Position numbers and translations under genes: made by a program. Below, piece by piece: positions 19,324 through 28,560 of a DNA stretch of 64,000 bases. Below the pieces are notes generated by a model that made no database searches, was not told the DNA's origin, and saw only the letters and a program-made list of their open reading frames with translations. The stretch's first letter is position 1, and each line of letters opens with the position of its first letter. The DNA comes from Patescibacteria group bacterium (GTDB lineage Bacteria > Patescibacteriota > Saccharimonadia > UBA4664). The stretch covers positions 22,013 to 86,012 of the forward strand of contig JAQGHG010000026.1 in the NCBI GenBank assembly GCA_028288925.1, in the 5' to 3' direction.

Positions 19324-20004
19324 TTACGCCTCATCGGGTCCATGGGGAGTGTCAAAGCTAATCATTCCAATCAGTGCGTCTTTTAACTCTAGTTCAGGAA
19401 TAGGTTTCTGAGCGTACGTATAGGTACGCTTTTCCTTGAAGTTTTCCCAGCCAGCATCCTTGTCTGCTTGCGTGATCGGTGTAAGCTTACTGCCATCATA
19501 AATAAGTAAAACGCCTGGATTCGCATGTTGGGGATTTGCCATGAAGCCTTCAACGGCATCAACTCCTACATGCACCCATGAGCTCTTGTCGGTTGGCGAG
19601 TTGCCTCCATGTGTGTACGCACTCTCCATGAGCTCGGCGACACTTACATCCGGAGTCGCCGAGACCCACCGAAACTGTAGGTCCAGGCCATTTAGCTCTC
19701 TGCCTTTCTGTCGTTGATCATCTGTCATGCCAGTTAACTTATTAATTATGCTTCTTTCAGATTCCGAAAGAGTTCTCCCCCTTCTTTCATGATGTCGAGC
19801 GAGCCCTTCGACATCGCGGACCATATGTGTGAGGGAGAACTTATCCATAACACCTGTAAACGCGGCCCTGTCTTCTTGAGTAAGCTCAAGTACAAAAGGT
19901 GGCGGGGCCGATTCATTTCGCTCTGGCTTGATGGCCAAAAGTTCCGCAGCTAATCCTTCGCCAGACTTACCATCGGTACCATGCTCTTGGAGTTCTCCCA
20001 TCAC
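19324..20004 (-). CDS. Hypothetical protein
   Basis: 226-aa ORF in a lower-GC stretch, no family recognised. Confidence 0.6.
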   Translation of the reverse strand: MMGELQEHGTDGKSGEGLAAELLAIKPERNESAPPPFVLELTQEDRAAFTGVMDKFSLTHMVRDVEGLARHHERRGRTLSESERSIINKLTGMTDDQRQKGRELNGLDLQFRWVSATPDVSVAELMESAYTHGGNSPTDKSSWVHVGVDAVEGFMANPQHANPGVLLIYDGSKLTPITQADKDAGWENFKEKRTYTYAQKPIPELELKDALIGMISFDTPHGPDEA

Positions 20005-20140
20005 AAAATCCTAATATATGAGATACTATAAAGCTTTAAACTGCTTATTGAAATAAAATCGCCACTAGACCTTCTAGATATGCTACGAGAAGGAGAGATA
20101 TACGCTACCCTAAACCCAATTGACCTACAGGAATTTAAAG

Positions 20141-20159
20141 TACTATAAATACTATAGTA
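20141..20159. promoter_or_regulatory. Inverted-repeat operator TACTATA-N5-TATAGTA
   Basis: Perfect 7-bp arms over the -10 region downstream of TTGACC. Confidence 0.55.
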
Positions 20160-20177
20160 AATAACGCAAGAGAAACC

Positions 20178-20786
20178 ATGAACATACTCATACTCGGGGC
20201 CACCGGATCAACCGGCAAAGAACTATTAAGCCAGGCCCTGGAGTCAGGGCACAAGGTTACCGCGCTTGTCCGCACGCCGGCTAAGCTTACTATTGATAAT
20301 GCGAACTTGCGTGTCCTCCAAGGAGACGCGACCGACGTAGCGGCCCTAACCGACGCGATGGCGCATAACGAGGTACTCCTAAGCGCGCTCGGCGCCGCCA
20401 AGGGGTCGCTCATTGCCGACTCTACCAAGGCTATCATTGCCGCGGCCAAAGCCACTGGCTTAAAACGGGTTGTTATGATGTCGTCCTTCGCCGTTAACAG
20501 AGCCCAATTAAAAGGTGCCGCGAAACTTCTCACGGGCATGATGAAAGGCCTTGTGGCCGATAAAGCGAACGGGGAAGCCTTACTAAAAAACAGCGGGCTC
20601 GACTGGACAATTGTTTACGCCACTATCCTCACGGGCGACGCGAAGGGCGCCGGCGCCCGCGTAGTGCCTTCAGGCGAAAAGCTCAGCCTAAGCAATAAGA
20701 TTGCCCGCGCCGATGTCGCGGCTTGGATGCTGGGTGAGATCAGGAATAATTCATATGTCAAAAAAGATGTCACCATTTCCCGGTAG
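20178..20786 (+). CDS. NAD(P)H-binding oxidoreductase (flavin reductase/BVR-B-like atypical SDR)
   Basis: GATGSTG Rossmann motif, LVRTP, GD, SGLDWTIV, IARADVA. Confidence 0.88.
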   Translation: MNILILGATGSTGKELLSQALESGHKVTALVRTPAKLTIDNANLRVLQGDATDVAALTDAMAHNEVLLSALGAAKGSLIADSTKAIIAAAKATGLKRVVMMSSFAVNRAQLKGAAKLLTGMMKGLVADKANGEALLKNSGLDWTIVYATILTGDAKGAGARVVPSGEKLSLSNKIARADVAAWMLGEIRNNSYVKKDVTISR

Positions 20787-20845
20787 CCAAAAGAGCAGTC
20801 TGACTCCGCTTGGGGTCACGCGTGCCGCCGGTTAATGCCGGGCCG

Positions 20846-21583
20846 TTAAGGCCGCTCAAAGCGGCGAAAACCCTCGGTCAGCACTACTTGGCCACTCTTG
20901 TGAACCATCATGGCCTCGCATCCTTGGCTATGTAAAAACGCCAGGCCTGGCCGCCCCATACAAAACGCCGCTGTAGCCAGCGCGTCGACACGGTCGATCG
21001 TCGCGCCAACTACCGTCAGGCTCACCGGGTCGCCGACCATCCGGCCGGTGCGGGGATTATAAATATGCTCGCCCCGCTCGGCGGTCCCCGAAGTAGCCAC
21101 CGCGGCGTTCTTGAGATAGAGCAGCTTGGCCAGCTTACCCGGCTCGAACGGATTCGCGACCCCAATCGCCCAAGGGCCTCCGTCGGGGCCGTCACCGCTC
21201 ATCTGCATATCGCCGCCCGCGTTGATGCAGTAGCGCGTGATATACCGGCGGTCGAGCAGCCGTGCCGCCTGGTAGACCGCCCAGCCCTTCACGTATCCTG
21301 AAGGGTCGGTGTGGCCGTCCCATACCATATCGAAGCAACCATCCGTCAGCTTCTTTAAGCTCTCGCATTCATCCAAAACCTCCCGGACCTCTTCGCGGAC
21401 CTGGGATCGTTTGAGCTCGCCCCGGTTGAAACGGCTTATTTCGCTGTTCGGCTTGTAAGTGCTAAAGACCGCATCAACGTGGTGAAAATACGCGAAAACC
21501 TCATCAATAGCCTCGTCCAAAGCATTGGCGCCAAATGCCTCAACGGTGATTGGCATACCCATAATAATCCGCGTAGCTTTCAT
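20846..21583 (-). CDS. apbE: FAD:protein FMN transferase
   Basis: MGMP, FSTYKPNSEISR, DPSGYVKGWA, NAGGD, ATSG..RGEHIYNPRTG, DALATA; no signal peptide. Confidence 0.92.
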   Translation of the reverse strand: MKATRIIMGMPITVEAFGANALDEAIDEVFAYFHHVDAVFSTYKPNSEISRFNRGELKRSQVREEVREVLDECESLKKLTDGCFDMVWDGHTDPSGYVKGWAVYQAARLLDRRYITRYCINAGGDMQMSGDGPDGGPWAIGVANPFEPGKLAKLLYLKNAAVATSGTAERGEHIYNPRTGRMVGDPVSLTVVGATIDRVDALATAAFCMGRPGLAFLHSQGCEAMMVHKSGQVVLTEGFRRFERP

Positions 21584-21590
21584 AACCCTA

Positions 21591-21602
21591 TATTGTACAA
21601 TA
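21591..21602. promoter_or_regulatory. Palindromic bidirectional -10 (TATTGTACAATA)
   Basis: TACAAT on each strand, 6 and 8 nt from divergent ATGs only 24 bp apart. Confidence 0.65.
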
Positions 21603-21607
21603 ATCAT

Positions 21608-23182
21608 ATGCAAGAAACGCCCCTGGAAGTAGCACAAAGGCTCCTCGCGGAAGGAAGAACCACCGATGAGATTAGAGTCGCACTCGGCGGCTCTGCCCCA
21701 ATCGCACCTCCGGCGCCAGAAACAGCTGCTCCGCCACCTCCTCCACCGGCCTCGGTTTCGTCGTCCCCGGCCATGTCCGCGCCAGCTCCTACTCCTGCTA
21801 CGCCACTGCCTCCTCCTCCTCCCGTGCCCGTGGCCTACCCTCAGCTTTTGAGCGCCAGGAGGCCAATACTGGCGATTCCGAAGCTTGGGTGGCCACTTAT
21901 TGCCATTATCTGCCTCATCCCATCCCTCGTTCTGTGCGTCGATGTGCCAATAGCCAACCGGTTTGGCGATATTCCGAGCGCGCTCTTGACCTTCGGAGAC
22001 ATCACAGGCGTAATCGGGCTGGCTACGTATGTCCTAAATCTCGTACTGGCGACCCGCCTACGCTGGCTGGAAGACTTGTTCGGTGGCCTCAACCGGGTGT
22101 TCGTAGCCCACCAGATCCTTGGAGGGTTGTCGCTCGTTACGCTGCTCATCCACCCCATGTTCTCGGCGGCTTCATACTACCCTTACGGCATCCGGGTGAT
22201 GTCGCATTTCTTCATTCCTCAGGTCGCCTATATAGGAACGGCCTTCGGCATAGTGGCGCTCACTATGATCATAGTGCTGCTCGTGCTTAGCTTCTACGTT
22301 AAGATCGGGTATAAGGTTTGGCTGCAAACGCACAAATACCTTGGTCTGGCCTACCTTCTGATAGGTTTGCATATACTTCTCACGCCCAACCGTATCACCG
22401 CCGACCCTTTCATAACCGGGTATCTCTGGGTCCTATTTCTAGCTGGCTTGGTCTCGTTTATATACCGGACACTACTGCCCAACATCTTCGTACGGAGCTA
22501 CCTGTACACCATTTCTTTGGCCGAGCGAAAAGGCGTTGGGGCGGTTGAAGTTACGCTAATTCCCGTCGACAAAATGATCCGCTTCAAAGCTGGCCAATTC
22601 ATCTTTATTGCCTTTGGCAGCGACGGCATATCGAGCGAATGGCATCCTTTCAGTATCTCTTCGGCCGAAACTTCTGGAAGGCTCATGATTGATGTGAAGT
22701 CGATGGGCGGATACACGGAGACTCTCACGCGTCTGCTTCCTCACATGATTGGTATGACAGCTCGCGTGGAGGGGGCTTATGGAAGGTTCTCGTATCGCAA
22801 CTTCGGCAACCTTAACCAGGTCTGGATAGCCGGCGGGATCGGAATCACGCCATTCTTGAGCATGGCTCAGACTCTCGGCACCGGGCCGTATAATGTCGAT
22901 CTCTACTATTCGGTAAAAACCAAGAGCGAGCTGATCGACCTCGATACGCTGGCGGTGCACCAATCGAACAACCCGGGACAGGTCTTCCGCGTGTTTCCCT
23001 TCGTGACGGACGCCTACAATACGTTCCTAAATGCTGAGATCATCGCGAGCAATAGCGGAGACCTCACTAAGCGCGATTTCCTCTTGTGCGGCCCACCGCC
23101 CATGATGCAATCAATAAAGAAACAGCTCATGACGATGGGTGTTAAAGCGAGTCAGATTCACACCGAAGAATTCTCACTCTAA
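21608..23182 (+). CDS. Ferric reductase-like TM protein with FAD/NAD-binding domain and Pro-rich N-terminus
   Basis: Heme-type His pairs (VAHQ..IHP; THK..LH), GQF, EWHPFSIS, EGAYG, IAGGIGITPF, LCGP, EEF. Confidence 0.9.
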   Translation: MQETPLEVAQRLLAEGRTTDEIRVALGGSAPIAPPAPETAAPPPPPPASVSSSPAMSAPAPTPATPLPPPPPVPVAYPQLLSARRPILAIPKLGWPLIAIICLIPSLVLCVDVPIANRFGDIPSALLTFGDITGVIGLATYVLNLVLATRLRWLEDLFGGLNRVFVAHQILGGLSLVTLLIHPMFSAASYYPYGIRVMSHFFIPQVAYIGTAFGIVALTMIIVLLVLSFYVKIGYKVWLQTHKYLGLAYLLIGLHILLTPNRITADPFITGYLWVLFLAGLVSFIYRTLLPNIFVRSYLYTISLAERKGVGAVEVTLIPVDKMIRFKAGQFIFIAFGSDGISSEWHPFSISSAETSGRLMIDVKSMGGYTETLTRLLPHMIGMTARVEGAYGRFSYRNFGNLNQVWIAGGIGITPFLSMAQTLGTGPYNVDLYYSVKTKSELIDLDTLAVHQSNNPGQVFRVFPFVTDAYNTFLNAEIIASNSGDLTKRDFLLCGPPPMMQSIKKQLMTMGVKASQIHTEEFSL

Positions 23183-23217
23183 TCTGGTTCAAAAACGCGG
23201 TAGAGACCGTTTCGTTT

Positions 23218-23895
23218 TTATAGGATTCCTCCCGGAACTAAGAAATTTAAAATCGCGTACATCATTAAGAACAATACCAACCCCGTAATAGCATTCACGA
23301 TCCGGTTTTTAGCCGACTTAATAGCTGCTGGATCACCTATCGAAGTAATATATTGAATCCCCGCTACCACTAGCATAAGCATAATGACTCCACCTACAGC
23401 GCCGGCCAATAGCGTCAGAACCATTTTCAAATAAGCAACGATCGCTCCACCCGATCCAGGGGTATTATCTACGCAGCCCTTGCCCGCTTGGATTGGTAGC
23501 GCAATCTTTATAGTGCCCGTCGGGCATGTACTCGCGGCGGGCTTGGTAGGGTCTCCAATAACGACAGGAGCGGGCTTAGCCGCCGGTGCCGGCGCCGGCA
23601 CGGGTGCCGGCTTAGGCGCTGGAACCGGCTTGGGCTTGGGTTTGGGGGGCGGAGGTTTGGCCGTGCTTGCACTCACAATATCTACCGGACCAGCAACCAC
23701 TCCGATTGCTTCATACAGCAATTCACCGGCCAGTCCGCGCGCTGCATGGATGATGCCGGACCCATTATAAACCGCCGACGTCGTGATATTAGCTGGACGA
23801 GCAGACAGTTCATACCCCAGGGACAAGTAGCGTACCAACTCAAGTAACCCAATAATGGCCAAAGCCGTAGCGGTATTATGGGCAGCTTTCTTCAT
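23218..23895 (-). CDS. CPR-type pilin-like (TrbC/VirB2-like) protein with Pro-rich N-terminal extension
   Basis: GIQYITSIGDP..IKSAKNRIVNAITGL two-helix motif; PKPAP linker. Confidence 0.75.
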   Translation of the reverse strand: MKKAAHNTATALAIIGLLELVRYLSLGYELSARPANITTSAVYNGSGIIHAARGLAGELLYEAIGVVAGPVDIVSASTAKPPPPKPKPKPVPAPKPAPVPAPAPAAKPAPVVIGDPTKPAASTCPTGTIKIALPIQAGKGCVDNTPGSGGAIVAYLKMVLTLLAGAVGGVIMLMLVVAGIQYITSIGDPAAIKSAKNRIVNAITGLVLFLMMYAILNFLVPGGIL

Positions 23896-23982
23896 ATAAT
23901 GCCAATGATATCACGCTTACGCTATAGACGGCGATAGCGGGGTATTACTATTGCAGACTAGCCGGCCATGCTACGCTTGTAG

Positions 23983-24738
23983 ATGAGGATGATACACGAC
24001 ACTAGATCCATAATGGGGATGCCCATTACTATTACTCTTGCATCCGGGGGCGACGCCAAGCTGCTAGATGAAGCTTTTGCCATCTTTACTGCCGTTGACC
24101 TGCGTTTTAGCACCTACAAACCCGACAGCGAGATCAGCCAGATTAATGCCGGCCGGCTTAAACCCCGGGGCTATAGTTCGCAGATGCGGGAAGTTCTGGC
24201 TAAATGCGCCGCTGCCAAGCAGGCTACCCATGGCTATTTCGACATCGAACACAACGGGCGCCTGGATCCCTCCGGTCTTGTCAAAGGCTGGTCGATTCAA
24301 AAAGTCGCCGACTTCTTAACCAGCCAGCACATACGCGACTTCTACGTAGACGCCGGTGGCGATATTGTAGCCGCGGGTCACAACTCCCAAGATGAACCTT
24401 GGTCCGTTGGGATCCGTCATCCCGAGCACCGGGACAAGAACGTAAAAATCCTATATCTTTCCGATCTCGCCGTCGCCACCTCGGGGACGTCCGAGCGCGG
24501 CGAACATATCTATAACCCACACTCACCTGATACACCCACCGGGCTCTTAAGCCTCACTGTTGTCGGCCCCACCATCGAAACAGCCGATGTGCTCGCCACC
24601 ACCGCTTTTGCCATGGGGGCAAAAACCGGTCTGAACTTTATCTCAGCTCAACCAGGCTATGAAGCCTTTGCCATTACAGGCAGCCTGTCCGCGATCTCTA
24701 CGAATGGCTTCGCTCGTTACCAGAGTAAGCCGGTTTGA
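23983..24738 (+). CDS. apbE: FAD:protein FMN transferase (second paralogue)
   Basis: MGMP, FSTYKPDSEIS, DPSGLVKGW, DAGGD, ATSG..RGEHIYNP, ADVLAT; no signal peptide. Confidence 0.92.
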   Translation: MRMIHDTRSIMGMPITITLASGGDAKLLDEAFAIFTAVDLRFSTYKPDSEISQINAGRLKPRGYSSQMREVLAKCAAAKQATHGYFDIEHNGRLDPSGLVKGWSIQKVADFLTSQHIRDFYVDAGGDIVAAGHNSQDEPWSVGIRHPEHRDKNVKILYLSDLAVATSGTSERGEHIYNPHSPDTPTGLLSLTVVGPTIETADVLATTAFAMGAKTGLNFISAQPGYEAFAITGSLSAISTNGFARYQSKPV

Positions 24739-25844
24739 ATTCCAAATACCCGCAATGGGTCAGTATTTAGTGTCGAGAAGTCCTCGCTAACATCATTTAG
24801 GCAGATCAGCTGCAAAAATGCGTCGAGAGTATCGCAAAAACCCGTCGCATGGCCCATGTCATGATAAAAGGTTACTAAATTCCTGACCGCCCCAGCCACG
24901 CAGTTCTCCCGCGCTTCCTGGGTAGGGCCGGTAGCGCAATCCGACGTAGCGCCCGCTGTGTCGTCCGAGTTCGTGCCTACCATCGCGTACCCCATGCTCT
25001 GATAACATGGCAACTGGTACTGCGACTCCAGGTTCGCACATTCGCGAAAGACCAAGTCGGCATCATCGTGGGCCAGACGCAAAGCATGGCCCGCCTGCAT
25101 TAAATAACACTGATACCGATAAACCTCACCGACTATGCCACACGGGTACATGGGATCATCAGCCTTTAAATACGCGGTGTCGTGATCGGTATCCATCTCG
25201 TTCATCTGGTTCTGCATGTAGACGCCGCTATAACACCACTCCTGCTCCCATGTGTTACCAGCCAGATCGCACAATCTAAGTGAAGCAAAGATATCGCCCT
25301 GCTTCACATCCATGATGCCGTGCCCCAAACCGTGCAGACAATTGTGGTGACTTAGCGAATAAGGTGCTTTGTTACGCACGCTCGTGCATACCAGAGGGAT
25401 TGCAGTCTCCAGATTGGCTGGCCCCAAACGTAACATGATCGATTCCATCACCCCGTGGTAATAGCCTGAGGAACAAAAATTATTACCCTTGGCGTAGGCA
25501 TCATCGATGTCCTTAGCATTATCGGCCGCGGTCCGCCCAATCGCGTGCATGATCTCGTGGCAGTTATCCCTGACCTGCCGGTCAAGCACATAAGCTGCTT
25601 CTACTCCAACAACGGCCGCCTTCACCCCTTTTGCGAGGGCCAATTCCTGGTAACGCTGCTCTAAACAAAACATATTCTCCGGGTCGTTGTCGCAGACGTA
25701 TTTGTTTGCAATTTCTAAACGAGCTGGCGGCAGGGTTAGTACCTGCGTTCGCACCGTAGCGGGGTGGGAAGCCAGGGACAATGCGGCACCTCCCATAAGT
25801 GCCATTACCGGAAGCACAAACCGCTTTAATTGCTCCAAGTTCAT
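24717..25844 (-). CDS. Exported Cys/His-rich helical-repeat protein
   Basis: N-terminal hydrophobic segment; CHEIMHAIG, CSSGYYHG, CLHGLGHG, repeated C..CY. Confidence 0.7.
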   Translation of the reverse strand: MNLEQLKRFVLPVMALMGGAALSLASHPATVRTQVLTLPPARLEIANKYVCDNDPENMFCLEQRYQELALAKGVKAAVVGVEAAYVLDRQVRDNCHEIMHAIGRTAADNAKDIDDAYAKGNNFCSSGYYHGVMESIMLRLGPANLETAIPLVCTSVRNKAPYSLSHHNCLHGLGHGIMDVKQGDIFASLRLCDLAGNTWEQEWCYSGVYMQNQMNEMDTDHDTAYLKADDPMYPCGIVGEVYRYQCYLMQAGHALRLAHDDADLVFRECANLESQYQLPCYQSMGYAMVGTNSDDTAGATSDCATGPTQEARENCVAGAVRNLVTFYHDMGHATGFCDTLDAFLQLICLNDVSEDFSTLNTDPLRVFGIQTGLLW

Positions 25845-26857
25845 AACGCCGGGGGAGGTGCCAGCCGGTCGTACCTCAGGCTTGCCACAGGCTCAACCGG
25901 CAACATCACATTGCTGTAATTAACGTATCGCACCGTTACTGTTCCCCCGCCATCCTCATATTCTACCTTCGCTAAATGTTTGGTATCACGCTCGATATAA
26001 ACCTTGTTTTTGCCGTAATATCCAAAGCTGTCGAGAGCAAGTGAAATATCAGACTGGCTCAAGCCCATCAGAGCTGCCACTTTCAGATTGTAGGCCTGTA
26101 AATTGGCCGTATTGTAAGTTACCTCATACGCCAGCACAGGGTGGCCATCAAGAGTCTCGGTTGTAACTTTCTTAGGATCAAATTGGTACACTGGGGTCTT
26201 CTCCAGGAAGCTCATCAAATCCGCTCGCTGTGCTACTGAGAAATTCCCAAAAATGTAGGCGCCAAACAGTAAGTATCTCGGGTCAGTCATCTGCGACACT
26301 AATGTATTTGTTTCCACCGGCAGTACCCCGCCGCGCCGGACTTGTATCCACGCACCTAGATCAGCCCGCGGCAACAAGCTGTCGCTAGCCGAACGGTATT
26401 TGATGTAAGAGTTTTGCAGGCTTCCATAGGTACTGACTATGCTATCTCCATCCTGGCTTGTACGCTGGGCATCCGAAACGCTAACGCGAGGGTCACCCAG
26501 CCGGGTGACATCACTCAAGATAGTATGATTGCTCCCCGTGCTCTCCACTCTATGCTCGATTTTACCCGTCGCCAAAGCCAGCGATAGCGCATCACGAAAC
26601 ACTGTGCTCGCGTCCGCTACAGCCGATGGCGTCGGCGAAGCCGTGGCGCGATTGTTGGCATGGTTTTGTCCGAGCCAAACCCATGCTACTAGTCCGCCCA
26701 ATACCAGTAGCACGGCTAATACCAGCACAGCGACCAATGGTGCCTTTGAGCGTCGCGGAGCGGGATAAGGTGAAGGTGTGCCATACGTCGAAGCTGGATA
26801 CGGAGTAGGTACCGGCTCGCTAACCGATGGGGGAGGGGAGTTTGGATCGTTATACAT
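25841..26857 (-). CDS. Membrane-anchored hypothetical protein
   Basis: Pro-rich N-terminus, single TM helix, extracellular domain. Confidence 0.7.
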   Translation of the reverse strand: MYNDPNSPPPSVSEPVPTPYPASTYGTPSPYPAPRRSKAPLVAVLVLAVLLVLGGLVAWVWLGQNHANNRATASPTPSAVADASTVFRDALSLALATGKIEHRVESTGSNHTILSDVTRLGDPRVSVSDAQRTSQDGDSIVSTYGSLQNSYIKYRSASDSLLPRADLGAWIQVRRGGVLPVETNTLVSQMTDPRYLLFGAYIFGNFSVAQRADLMSFLEKTPVYQFDPKKVTTETLDGHPVLAYEVTYNTANLQAYNLKVAALMGLSQSDISLALDSFGYYGKNKVYIERDTKHLAKVEYEDGGGTVTVRYVNYSNVMLPVEPVASLRYDRLAPPPAL

Positions 26858-26949
26858 GCTTAGCATCATAATAGCGCTTATGGTCCCATTGCTCAAAATC
26901 TGATTCTCTCAAACCAAGAGGGCCGTATTAACACCGGCGGTAGCGTAGG

Positions 26950-28023
26950 CTAAAGCACCAATCCGGATATGAGAATGCCTATGAGGCCGATGAAGAAAAG
27001 CACCAATGTGACACCTACAAGGGTTTTAACCGGTTTGGCATGCCCGACGCCAAGCAATTTCCGGATTCTCTGCCGCAGCAACAACATAACTAAAGCACAA
27101 GCCCCAATAAGACTACCGAAAGCCGCTAGCACCAGCAGCGGAGCGGGTTCAGACGAAGCCGCCAGTACGAGCCTCTGGCCGCCGGTAGCGCCCGTTACGT
27201 CCACAGCGTAGTCTTTTACAGTACCCTGGTAGGAGATACGCACCGCCTGTCGTCCAAGGGGTATTGAGGTAAAACTCGCGTCGCCATTCGAATCGGACTG
27301 GCGCGATTGCCCGGCCAGGGTTACGCCCGCGCTTACCAGGCTAAAGCCATCTTTGTCGGTCACATGCACTACCACGGCACCGTTTGCGGGCTGGGCCGAA
27401 GCGTCACTTGGACCAGTCACTTGCGCGATATCGCCGCTCTGCGGGCCGGTGCTCGGTGAGGGGCTGGCACTCGCGTCCGGAGTGCCCGAAGGCGAAGGGG
27501 TCGCGGATTGTCCGGTACCGGCCACGCCAGATCCTGACTTCGGTACCGGAGTTGATGTGTGCCCGGGAGCAGGTACCGGAGTAGCGGTATGCCCGGGCGC
27601 GGGCACTGGGGTGGGAGCCGGTGTATGAACAGGCTGAGGTGTTGGGGCGGGGGTATGAACGGGCACGGGTGTGGGCACGGGGGTCGGTACCGGCGTCGGT
27701 TTAGGCGTCGGCACCGGTGTGGGCTTGGGCGTTGGTGCCGGGGTGGGCGTCGGTGTGGCGCAGGGCGTCGCGCTGGTGCAGGCATTGGCATGTGAACTCT
27801 CGAAGGCGCCTAATGTCTCATTGATGAGCACCGTAACGGCGCTGTCAAAACCCGTAGTCGGTACGCCGCCCGGGTTTCGGATACCCTGGGATTGCTGAGG
27901 CTGCTTCACATCCTGTTGTCGCGCGAGCAGCTCGTAGATTATGGGCACACTACAAGCTGCTATTAGTATAAACGTGCCTCTTATGCGGCGACGCAGCAGC
28001 AACTGCTGCTTCTTCTTTCTCAT
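26950..28023 (-). CDS. Pro/Thr-rich surface protein with carboxypeptidase-regulatory-like domain
   Basis: N-terminal TM, PTP/PVP repeats, V.D..G..A.V....SDSNG, two C-terminal TMs. Confidence 0.7.
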   Translation of the reverse strand: MRKKKQQLLLRRRIRGTFILIAACSVPIIYELLARQQDVKQPQQSQGIRNPGGVPTTGFDSAVTVLINETLGAFESSHANACTSATPCATPTPTPAPTPKPTPVPTPKPTPVPTPVPTPVPVHTPAPTPQPVHTPAPTPVPAPGHTATPVPAPGHTSTPVPKSGSGVAGTGQSATPSPSGTPDASASPSPSTGPQSGDIAQVTGPSDASAQPANGAVVVHVTDKDGFSLVSAGVTLAGQSRQSDSNGDASFTSIPLGRQAVRISYQGTVKDYAVDVTGATGGQRLVLAASSEPAPLLVLAAFGSLIGACALVMLLLRQRIRKLLGVGHAKPVKTLVGVTLVLFFIGLIGILISGLVL

Positions 28024-28072
28024 ACCCAGAATAATACCATGCCCACGCCCAAACGCGGTTGATTTGTACAAG

Positions 28073-28089
28073 TTCAGCTAGTTTTCAGC
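28073..28089 (+). promoter_or_regulatory. Direct-repeat site TTCAGC-N5-TTCAGC
   Basis: 11-bp period repeat upstream of TAATAT-N6-ATG; geometry resembles OmpR/PhoB-type sites. Confidence 0.55.
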
Positions 28090-28110
28090 TATGATTGATA
28101 ATATTACAAC

Positions 28111-28560
28111 ATGAAAAAGTTAATCTTGGCGGCCTTTGTAGTCGCGACATTCATTATCTACAGCGTCCACCAACACCAGGACGGCTCCGCGGCCGTGGTG
28201 GCGCCGGCGCGTACAAGTACCACTCCGACGCCTGCTTCATCGCCCGCCCCGGGGTCCACGCCTGCGGCGGCCATCGCCTATAAAGACGGCCGGTACACGG
28301 GAGACGCGGCGGATGCCGTATACGGCAATATCCAGGTGGCGGCTACCATCCAAAATGGCAAAATTACCGACGTGGAGTTTCTGCAGTATCCCAACGACCG
28401 CAATACGTCGGTGCGTATCAACACCCAGGCCATGCCGTATCTCAAGCAAGAAGCGATTTCAGTGCAAAGCGGCCACGTCGATATCGTCTCAGGCGCCACC
28501 GATTCGAGCCAGGCTTTCATCCAGTCGCTGAGCTCCGCCCTAGCCAAAGCGCAGTCGTAG
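28111..28560 (+). CDS. Exported FMN-binding (flavinylation target) protein
   Basis: Signal/anchor, YKDG.YTG, YG.IQV, KITDV, VDIVSGAT flavinylation motif. Confidence 0.92.
   Translation: MKKLILAAFVVATFIIYSVHQHQDGSAAVVAPARTSTTPTPASSPAPGSTPAAAIAYKDGRYTGDAADAVYGNIQVAATIQNGKITDVEFLQYPNDRNTSVRINTQAMPYLKQEAISVQSGHVDIVSGATDSSQAFIQSLSSALAKAQS

Noticed and set aside
27560-27760. Repetitive GGTGT/GGGCAC-rich tract
   Set aside because: Encodes the Pro/Thr linker of a surface protein; no repeat-spacer structure, not CRISPR
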